In this document: positions 27,465-35,532 of the stretch, one piece after another
How the letters are laid out: each line of letters begins with the position of its first letter
Position numbering within the stretch: the first letter of the stretch is position 1
Assembly: GCA_011050235.1 (NCBI GenBank)
Contig: DRGC01000022.1
Location: forward strand, 128,827-192,826
Length of the DNA: 64,000 nucleotides
Direction of reading: 5' to 3'
Source: Phycisphaerae bacterium
GTDB taxonomy: Bacteria; Planctomycetota; Phycisphaerae; SM23-33
Position numbers and translations under genes: made by a program
The notes under the pieces: generated by a model
What the model saw: the letters and a program-made list of their open reading frames with translations, nothing else
Told to the model about the DNA's origin: nothing
Databases searched by the model: none

Positions 27465-29021
27465 CTAGAACTTCATCAGGTTTTCCACGCCGAGCTCGCC
27501 CAGCCAGCTAAACGGCAGGCGGACCTTCATGGTGGTCGGGACGTGCTGGGCGGGGATGAAGTTGACGGTAATCGTCGCGTAGGCCGTCCGGTTAGCCAGC
27601 AGCTTCAGCCGCCCTTCGATCCGGTCGATCGCCAGTTGCACGCGGCCGATCTCGCGCTCGACCATCAGGGCCTTTTCGACGTCGGTGGCCTTGTCCAGCA
27701 GCTCCACCAGCTTGGTCAGCATGGCCTTGGCGGTCTTGAGCCGAATCTCCAGGTCCACGTATTCCTCGGTCACGTCATGCCCGAAGATCTGCTGCTCCAC
27801 GACCGTGCCCATCTCGGCCAGTTGCGCCAGGACCGCATCGAACGACGTGACGGGCACGCGGATGATGATGGCGCTCTTGGTCATCTGCTGCATGTACCCA
27901 CCGAGCGCCTCGGTGAGTTGCCGCGTCCGGCTGACCGCCAGTTCGGCCTCGGTGGTGGCGATCCGCATGGTGGCGGTGTAGATCACCTTCCGCGGATCGA
28001 CAGTCGCCGGCCGGCGGACAACGCTGTCCGACTCCACGCCCTGATCGGCAGGCCGGCTCCCCCCCCGGAAGCCCGCCCGGAGCTCCTTGATCTTTTCGGC
28101 AACTTCGACAGTTTGACCGGTGACAGTCCGACCCGATCCTTCGCCGCCACGATGGGCGCCACCCGTTCTGTCTCCCGATCCGGTGAAGAACCGGCCGAAG
28201 ATGGGAATGTCGCCGAGGATGGGAGGCCTTTCGCCAAGACCATACTCAGTGCCGGTCACATACCGCTCGCCCTTATCGCCCAAGCCAGCCGGGGCCACCC
28301 GCCCATTGCGCCCTGTGGGGGTGCCCCGTTCATACTCACCAGCGACGGTGGTCACGCGGCCATCTGCCTGGAGCCCCGTTATGCCCCAGCCGAGCGTAGA
28401 ATCGAACTCTCCCTCCTCGCCGGCCCTAAGCTCTGTACCAAGAGCATCTGTACCAAGAACAATTGTCCCGGGGTCAATTCCACTATCAGCGAGGCCGAAA
28501 TAGCCTCGACCATCATCTTTGCCCCCGCTGAGGTCATCCCAGGGCAACTCGGACCCCTCGGGGATTGAGGCATCCACGACATGCTTGTCCTGCCGAAGCT
28601 CAGGCTGAAGCGCCAGAAGGACGGCTTGATCTCGTCCTGATGGCTCCCCGGCACCCCCACTGGGAATGGGCCGCGCCAGCGGGGGCATCGCCAGCGGGGG
28701 ACGAAGGGCCAGGGCGACAACCGCGACCGTCAGGCCGACCACGAGAATGGCTGCGACCCGAGGCCAAGCGCGGATGAATCGGTCGCGCCAGACGTGTTTG
28801 GGTCGCCCAGCTTCGATGGCGCTTCGATGGCGGTCGGTCAGCTCCAGCGTTGGCTCATCGGCGAGCTCGTTCTGCAGCAGACCGGCGACGCTGCGGATCT
28901 CGTCAACGGTCTGTTGGGCGTCGGGGTCGGCTTTCAGGTGCGATTCGACCTTGGCCGCTTCGGCGGCGTCAAGCTCGCCGAGGGCGTAGGCGGTTAGTTT
29001 GGTTTCGTTGATATCGGTCAT
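27465..29021 (-). CDS. Anti-sigma factor (N-terminal zf-HC2/RskA-like anti-sigma domain, TM helix, large periplasmic domain of DUF4349 type)
   Basis: N-terminus LTAYALGELDAAEAAKVESHL is a typical anti-sigma N-terminal domain, followed by a single TM (RVAAILVVGLTVAVVALAL). It lies immediately downstream of the ECF sigma, with a 4-nt gap. Confidence 0.65.
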   Translation of the reverse strand: MTDINETKLTAYALGELDAAEAAKVESHLKADPDAQQTVDEIRSVAGLLQNELADEPTLELTDRHRSAIEAGRPKHVWRDRFIRAWPRVAAILVVGLTVAVVALALRPPLAMPPLARPIPSGGAGEPSGRDQAVLLALQPELRQDKHVVDASIPEGSELPWDDLSGGKDDGRGYFGLADSGIDPGTIVLGTDALGTELRAGEEGEFDSTLGWGITGLQADGRVTTVAGEYERGTPTGRNGRVAPAGLGDKGERYVTGTEYGLGERPPILGDIPIFGRFFTGSGDRTGGAHRGGEGSGRTVTGQTVEVAEKIKELRAGFRGGSRPADQGVESDSVVRRPATVDPRKVIYTATMRIATTEAELAVSRTRQLTEALGGYMQQMTKSAIIIRVPVTSFDAVLAQLAEMGTVVEQQIFGHDVTEEYVDLEIRLKTAKAMLTKLVELLDKATDVEKALMVEREIGRVQLAIDRIEGRLKLLANRTAYATITVNFIPAQHVPTTMKVRLPFSWLGELGVENLMKF

Positions 29022-29025
29022 GGTG

Positions 29026-29583
29026 TCAGGTCCTTTGGGTCCCCAGCAGGCCGAGGGTGTGGAGTTGGCTGCGCAGCGCCTGGATGCCGACGTGGATCAG
29101 GTAGCCGACGTTGGAGACGCTCAGCCCCGTGATGCCGGCGATTTGCTTGTAGGAAAACCCGTTCTGGAACTTCAGCCTCAGCACGTCCTGTTGGTTTTCC
29201 GGCAGGACGGCCAGGGCGGCGGTGACCTGCCCGGCGGTCTCGGAATCGATCAGCGCCTGCGGCGGCGACGGATCGCCGGCGGGGCGACCTCCGTCGTCAT
29301 GGTCTGTCAGGGGTATCATGCGTCGCTCCTTCTTCCGCACGTCCAGCGCGCGGTTGCGGCAGACGGTGTACAGCCACTGCGCCACATGGTTTCCGGAGCG
29401 ATCGGGCGGCTTTTGCCACAGCTTCAGGAACGTGTCCTGCACGACGTCGCGGGCGCGATCGACATCCCCCACGATCCCGGCTGCGTATCGCAGCAGCGGA
29501 CGTTCGTACTGGTCCAGGACCGATCGCACCCACATCGCTTGTTGCTGGTCGGCCCAGGTTGCCGCGTTCTTGTCGATCCTCAT
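29026..29583 (-). CDS. ECF-type RNA polymerase sigma-70 factor
   Basis: Region 2 (LLRYAAGIVGDVDRARDVVQDTFLKLW) and region 4 (LSYKQIAGITGLSVSNVGYLIHVGIQALR). Start chosen at MRIDKN; the track ORF extends to 29667. Confidence 0.8.
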   Translation of the reverse strand: MRIDKNAATWADQQQAMWVRSVLDQYERPLLRYAAGIVGDVDRARDVVQDTFLKLWQKPPDRSGNHVAQWLYTVCRNRALDVRKKERRMIPLTDHDDGGRPAGDPSPPQALIDSETAGQVTAALAVLPENQQDVLRLKFQNGFSYKQIAGITGLSVSNVGYLIHVGIQALRSQLHTLGLLGTQRT

Positions 29584-29878
29584 GCGCCCGTTTCCACAAC
29601 CTAGCCCCGCCCGGGGCTCCATTAATGATAACGGCCGACGGAGCGATTTCTTAGGCGCTGAGTGCACAAATCGTCTGACCGGTCACAGGAAAAATTGCCG
29701 CCCGGGGCTTCCCGACAGCGCCAGCAGCGCGTATAATCCAGTTCCAGTTCAGGCGCTGGCGAACATACGTGTCCGCCGGGCCTGGCAGGGCGTTTCGCGC
29801 AGGGACCTTGGCGCACGCGGGGCCGATGCGATGAAGGGCCAGCCGGGCTGCGGGAGGCCGTTATTAAGGAATGGGGCA

Positions 29879-31543
29879 ATGATCAAGTATCTATCCACAA
29901 TACTGCTCAGTGCGGTGCTCGTGTCGGCGCTGGCGATGCCGGCGGTCGCAGCCCCCCCGAAACCGGCGACGGTGACGTTGACCGACGAGCAGAGAATGCT
30001 CTTTGAAGAGACTCTCACCAGGGACGAGGCCAAGCAACTGGCGGATGAGTATCTCGAATCCCTGACGGCGACCTACGTGGAGACCTACAAGTTTCCCCCA
30101 GCGCTGGTCGAACTGCTCGAGGCCGACAAGCGCGTGCGAAACATTTTCATCAGCGCGCTCGATCCGGCCAGAGACAACATCACGCAGGCGGCGCAGATCT
30201 TCGAGGACCTGCGGTCGATCGATCCGGAGCGAGTGATAAAGTACGCCCACCTGGCCACAGCCATCGCCGTGGTCTACGACCAGCCGGCCATGGCGACCCG
30301 GGAGGTGGGGATCATCATCTGGGGCGTGGCAGCCGGTCAGTTCCCCCCTCCGGTCGCCTACCGGGATATCTACGACTACTACAGCAACCCGCCCAAGAGC
30401 CGGCGGTTCGCGTACCCGCCCAACAAGCTACCTTGGCCGATGCAGGTTTACATCATCGACAATGGGGTCGCCGCCAAGGAGCGAGCGTGGGCCCACAAGA
30501 AATTTAACCGCGGCGTGCAGGTCGGGGACCTATACCGGAGGGTGACCTACGACAGGGACAAGCTGGCGAAGAAGAAGAGCCGCCTGGGTACGCGCGCCTA
30601 CACGCTCAAGAACCTGCTGCGGTACGGCGGGGTGTGCGGCGACCAGGCGTATTTTGCCTCGCGCGTGGCCAAGTGCTTTAGCGTCCCGGCCATGTCGGTG
30701 CGCGGCGTGAACCGCTACGGCAATAGCCACGCCTGGCTGGGCTACCTGACCTCGTACAAAGGGCGAGCGATGCTGCACTTTTCCGGGCGATACCTCCGCG
30801 ACTACTACTACACCGGCGACGTGCAAAACCCCCAGACCGGCGGGACCATCCTCGACCGACACATTGCGATGATGTTCGACGGCCTGTCGGTATCGTACGA
30901 GAAATACGAACTCACGCGCATCCTGATCCGCCTGGCCGATCAACTCCAGGCCGACGAGCCGGACCTGTCGGTCGCCCTGGTCGAACGCGCGCTCGACGCG
31001 AACCCTTACATGCCCAAAGGTTGGCGCGTGCTGATGGCGCATTTCCGCACGAACGAGCTGACCAAGGCGCAGGCCCTCAAGTGGTTCAACATCATGCTGA
31101 AGGTCCTCAAAAAGCACCCCGACATGACGTTCGAGTGCCTCAAGACCTTCCTGGCCTCCTACCCGCAAAAGGACTTCGCCAGCCGGCGGAAGCTGTACAG
31201 CAAGGCGCTGAACCTCTACACGGGCCGGCCCGATCTGCAGTTCAAGCTCCTTCTGGACCTGGCCAACGAGATGGTCGCCGCCGACCAGAAACCGCAGGCC
31301 CTCAAGATGCTGATCGGCCCGATCGTTCGCTACGCGAAGGAAGGATCGGTGATCATCCCGGCGACGCAGTTGGCCGTGCGGCTGGCTACGGAACTGAAGG
31401 TCCAGAAGAAGGCCCATTCCATGCTGTCCAAGGCCCTGATCACCTTCCCCAAGCGCCGCAGCCGAAACTCCAAACCCTCCGAGACGTACAAGGAGTTCGA
31501 AGCCCTGCTGAAACAACTCGAACTCGCCGCAATGAAGAGATGA
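29879..31543 (+). CDS. Secreted hypothetical protein with a transglutaminase-like cysteine-protease core (putative)
   Basis: Signal peptide MIKYLSTILLSAVLVSALAMPAVAA. GGVCGDQAYFASRVAKCFSVPAM resembles the transglutaminase-like Cys nucleophile context. Lys-rich helical C-terminus. The 773-aa track ORF is a 5' over-extension antisense to the sigma gene. Confidence 0.45.
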   Translation: MIKYLSTILLSAVLVSALAMPAVAAPPKPATVTLTDEQRMLFEETLTRDEAKQLADEYLESLTATYVETYKFPPALVELLEADKRVRNIFISALDPARDNITQAAQIFEDLRSIDPERVIKYAHLATAIAVVYDQPAMATREVGIIIWGVAAGQFPPPVAYRDIYDYYSNPPKSRRFAYPPNKLPWPMQVYIIDNGVAAKERAWAHKKFNRGVQVGDLYRRVTYDRDKLAKKKSRLGTRAYTLKNLLRYGGVCGDQAYFASRVAKCFSVPAMSVRGVNRYGNSHAWLGYLTSYKGRAMLHFSGRYLRDYYYTGDVQNPQTGGTILDRHIAMMFDGLSVSYEKYELTRILIRLADQLQADEPDLSVALVERALDANPYMPKGWRVLMAHFRTNELTKAQALKWFNIMLKVLKKHPDMTFECLKTFLASYPQKDFASRRKLYSKALNLYTGRPDLQFKLLLDLANEMVAADQKPQALKMLIGPIVRYAKEGSVIIPATQLAVRLATELKVQKKAHSMLSKALITFPKRRSRNSKPSETYKEFEALLKQLELAAMKR

Positions 31544-31586
31544 TCGCCCCCTCCCCGGCGCCAGCCGCGGCTGAGAGGCATGCCGG

Positions 31587-33628
31587 TCAGTCCGTCTTGT
31601 CGCTGGCCGGCCGTCGGGCGAGGAATGTCCCGGCGCCGTCGGGCCTGGGGATCTGCGTGTCCAGCAGGTTTTCGGGAATATTGATCTTCACGCCTCCGGG
31701 GGCGATGACGGTCACCCGGCCCGGGTCTAAAGGCCGGGGGACCTGGATCATCTTGCCATTGGCGTCGGCGACTTTCATGCCGGCGAACTCGCCAGGAGCC
31801 GGTACGATCAATCCCTCCGGGGTGACGATGTAGATCCAATTGACCGCCCCGGCCGCGCCGCCTGTATCCCCGCCGACCTCATCAACCCCATCGATCTCGT
31901 CAACCGCCTCGACCTGATCGGTCGCGTCAATTTCCCGCCATTCGCCGGCGAACTGCTGAACGTAGGCCACGACGTTCTGGCCGGCTTCGAACGCCCACGC
32001 CTGCGTCCTGGTGCTCCCCATCTGCCAATGCATGGACAGGTCGTCATCCGTATGGATTGCCAACGGCCTCTCGCCGTCGGCGATGACATGGAACGTCACT
32101 TTGCCCGGCTTGAGCCGATAGCGGGACGTATAGATCGGATGGTCGGGGCTGCATTGGGTCAACTCGCGGTCGGGGAACAGTTTCTTGTAGAGCCCGCGGA
32201 CCGACTTTCCGAACGCCTCGCCGTCGGTCTGCGTGATGGAAAACAGCACACCGCCCTGTTGGACGTAGGCGCGAAGCTTGTCGATATTCGCTTTCGTCAG
32301 CGCCTGGGGGGTGTGGGGGTTGGCCGATGAAGCCGAAGCGGTTATGGGCATGGAGGCCTGGCCCGTCAGATACAAGATGTGGCTGTCGCGCCACTCGGCG
32401 ACGTCCGTGCCGACCGGCACCATCTGCCAGCGGCTGGGCTGCTCGGAGTCTTGCTGGATGAACCGGGTCAACGCCGCCAGATCGCGAGGCCGGTTATCCC
32501 AGTCGCCTGTGGTCTGAAGTTTATTCAGCAGCACCGGCTGGCGCCCGTGCGCCAGGAACGCCAGCGCTAGCCCCGTGTTCATCAGGGTGGTTTCGCTGCT
32601 GGGCATGTCGAAGCCCCGTCCAGCGATTGACGCGTGCCGATCGGCCCAGGCGCCGGTGGCCTGTTGGCTGCTCAGCAAGTCCTCGGCGCACACCTTGTGC
32701 CAGTCCACCCCGCCAAAGTATTTTCGCCCGCCCGCCCGGCCGGCACGCTCGATCCCATGGTAGTAATAGGTATACCAGGCCGCTGTCCCGTAACTCGGCT
32801 TCTGAATCGTCTGCTTGAAGTTATCGTCCAGCCAGTCCAGCCCGTCGACGATACACCTCGGCAACTCGCACTTGTTTTCCCGCACCTGTTTGGCCGATGA
32901 CGGAAGGAAATCCAGGCACATCAATAGCGTCGCGACGCCCACCGCCGTCATCGTTGCCTGCGTCTTCCGACTGTAGTAGTACTCCCCCCCGGGAAACCGA
33001 CGGCCTCTTTGGTCCGAATAGCCCCAGCCGCCGTCCCCGTTCTGTTCGAGGCGCCAGTGATCGACCACCTTGCGCCAGTAAGCTTTGGATATCTTCAGGC
33101 CGTTGTCGGCGCCGGCCCAGACGCCAAGCGTGCCGTAATGACTGTTGGAGTTATCCCACCCGCCATTGGCCGTCCTCGTAGGGTTGTAACTATAGCGCCC
33201 CTGTCCGCCCATCTTCAACAGGGCGGCGACATCTTGCTTGATGTGCTTGTTATATCGGCCGCTCGCGCCGCGATTCGCCGAATGCCACACGTGCGCCCGG
33301 ACCGCACGCACGTAAACGGTCTGCACCTTTGTCTTGGCCAGGTGTTTCAGCGCCTTGGCCATGGCCTCTTCCTTGGGGTCGGCGCCACATTCCAGAAGCG
33401 CATACGTCACCAGGGCGTTGAGGCCGCCTTTTTGGTCGCTGTACCCGCCGCCGCCCCTGCCAAACTCCGCCCATCCGCCCTTGGAACGCTGTCTGCCCCA
33501 CAGGTAAGCCACCCCCTTCTCGATCGCGGTGTCCACGCGCTGGGACAAGTCCGTCTGCGCAGCGGCCGGGCCGCCAATGCACAACACTACGACGACAATA
33601 GATACACCGATCGTCAGGCGACTCATCA
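31587..33628 (-). CDS. Large secreted protein, paralog 1 (N-terminal alpha-alpha toroid/prenyltransferase-like GGW repeats; C-terminal conserved domain of DUF4159 type)
   Basis: Start at MMSRLTIGVSIVVVVLCIGGPAAAQ (signal peptide), with GGAAAGGGG upstream. Repeats GGWAEF / NGGWDNSNSHYGTLGVW / GDGGWGYSD. The C-terminal block QPVLLNKLQTTGDWDNRPRDLAALTRF...CSPDHPIY is shared with 35533-38331. Confidence 0.6.
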
Positions 33629-33789
33629 TCGATGCCCCTTTCCAATCCGGCCCGAAAGCCCTTCTTCGCCAAGTGTCCCAGTACAGGAAACGGTGGGCCA
33701 AGAAATGCGCCGTATCGCTGCGCGATGGCGCGTCTCGCTGGCCGGTAACCATTATGCCCCAGCCATCACAGCAATGCAACACGGCCGCC

Positions 33790-35217
33790 TCAGTGATCGG
33801 AATCGGCCGGTTCGTCTTCGGCGCCAAAGGTCGCCAGCAGGTCTTCGATGGCCCGCTGCAGCGCCTCCGGCTGGTCGGCCCGCTCGGCGGCGGCGCGTAA
33901 TTGCCGCGCCGCGGCGGCGGCGGGCGGGCCCAGCCTGGACAGAATCGCCACGATCGCCTTCCTGATTTCGGCCGATGTCTCGTGATGGTTCAACAGATCA
34001 CCCAACACACCGGCCAGCTCCTTCGCCCGCAGCCCCCCCTGGCCGACCGCCGTGACCAGTTTGGTGCGGACGTCGCCCTCCTCGGTCAGCAGCACCTTGC
34101 ACAACATCGGGGCCAGGGTGGGATCCTCCTGGGCCATGTGCGTCAGAACGTCAACGGTGTACATATGGCGCCCCTTCCTGGGCCCGGTGATGATCTCGAC
34201 CAACAAAGGCGCCGCTCGCTTGGCCTGGGGCCCCAGCTCGCCGATGCGGACCAGGCCCATCGCCGAGATCATCCGGTCCTCGTCGCGGGCGGCCTTGATG
34301 ATGCAGTCGATCACATCCGGTAGCGGCGGGGCGGTCCGGAGGCCCCGCATGACGCGGACCCGCGTCTTGCGGTCGAGGCTGTCCAGGCCCATGCTCCACA
34401 CAGCCGTCACCCCCGGGATGGCGGGATCGGCGACCAAGAGTTTGTCCATGACGTCGGCCTGCAACTTGGGGTCGTCCACCGACATCACCGCTGCAATGGC
34501 ATCCACCACGCCCTCTGTTGTCAGGTCGGCGGCCATCAACGCCTCCAGCGCCGCCTGGCGAAGCTCGCGGGACCCGCTCGCCACTGCCCGGCGAAGCGCA
34601 GGGATCACGCCGGGAGCGGCGATGTCCATCGCCACCAGCGCCCGAATCGCATGCAATCGCACCGGACGAAACTCGTCGTTCAGGCAATCGGCCAACACGC
34701 CGACGATCTGCTCTGTCGGCGGTTGGATTTTCACAAGCGCCTCGGTCGCCAACACGCGGACCTTGGTGTCGTCGGAGCCTACAGCCCCAATCAGCGCGGT
34801 GGTGGCGCCCTCGACGGCCGGGCCAAAGGCGACGATGGCCTCCGCCGCCGCCACGCGCATGGCGCGGTGGGGATCGTCCAGCGCCTCGATCAGCCCCGCC
34901 AGCCGGTTGGTGTCGGCCGGTTTGATCTTCGCCAGCACGACCGTCGCCGCACACCGCGCCCGCCGGTTGGCGCTGCGGGTCATCCGCTCGAGTTGGCCCC
35001 TCGCCCGGCCGCTGGGTCGACCGTCTCGACTCAGCGCGACGACGGCCTGCCATCGCTCCGCCTCGTCCTGGCCTGCCAGTTTCTCCAGGACCGACGACTC
35101 GGCCTTGGCGGCGGACCTGGCCTTGGACCTGGCCTTGGCTTCGGCGCCGGTCTCGCGCCGACAGCCGCCCGCCAATTGGGTCATGGCCAACACAATGACA
35201 AGAAGGACGTGTCTCAC
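33790..35217 (-). CDS. HEAT/PBS-lyase-repeat lipoprotein
   Basis: Signal peptide with lipobox LAGGC. Multiple ~30-aa Ala/Leu-rich HEAT-like repeats (VRVLATEALVKI, VRLHAIRALVAM, IRKAIVAILSRLG). Confidence 0.6.
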   Translation of the reverse strand: MRHVLLVIVLAMTQLAGGCRRETGAEAKARSKARSAAKAESSVLEKLAGQDEAERWQAVVALSRDGRPSGRARGQLERMTRSANRRARCAATVVLAKIKPADTNRLAGLIEALDDPHRAMRVAAAEAIVAFGPAVEGATTALIGAVGSDDTKVRVLATEALVKIQPPTEQIVGVLADCLNDEFRPVRLHAIRALVAMDIAAPGVIPALRRAVASGSRELRQAALEALMAADLTTEGVVDAIAAVMSVDDPKLQADVMDKLLVADPAIPGVTAVWSMGLDSLDRKTRVRVMRGLRTAPPLPDVIDCIIKAARDEDRMISAMGLVRIGELGPQAKRAAPLLVEIITGPRKGRHMYTVDVLTHMAQEDPTLAPMLCKVLLTEEGDVRTKLVTAVGQGGLRAKELAGVLGDLLNHHETSAEIRKAIVAILSRLGPPAAAAARQLRAAAERADQPEALQRAIEDLLATFGAEDEPADSDH

Positions 35218-35532
35218 GCGCAGCTCCTAACCTTTACAGCCGCTTCGCTTTAAGATGATACCGTCGACCGGCGCCTGCGTCGAGGGCGGCCCGGCCACAG
35301 GCCGAGGGGGCCGGGAGCGCGGCCCGGAGGCCCAGCATGCGGCAATAGCTTGCCCGCCCGGTCGTTATGCTTGTTGGACAGGCTTGTATCCCCCGGCCGA
35401 ACTGGGTATATAATACATTTGCACAACCTGGGCGATTCGCCCGGGCCCGCAGTGACATACGACGATTGTCGGGCATGCCGGACACCGCACGGCGATCCAA
35501 TAAGCATCAGCCCCGCCTCAGGAGAGACAATC

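Noticed and set aside
29222-29878. 5' part of the 773-aa plus-strand ORF overlapping the ECF sigma gene
   Set aside because: It is antisense to a well-supported sigma-70 r2/r4 gene. The downstream protein has a clear signal peptide beginning at 29879 with an upstream G-rich RBS-like stretch.
35350-35532. 5' extension of the paralog-2 ORF (993-aa version)
   Set aside because: It contains no signal peptide and overlaps the divergent promoter region. MRRMASASLIVL at 35533 has an AGGAGAG RBS and a canonical signal peptide.
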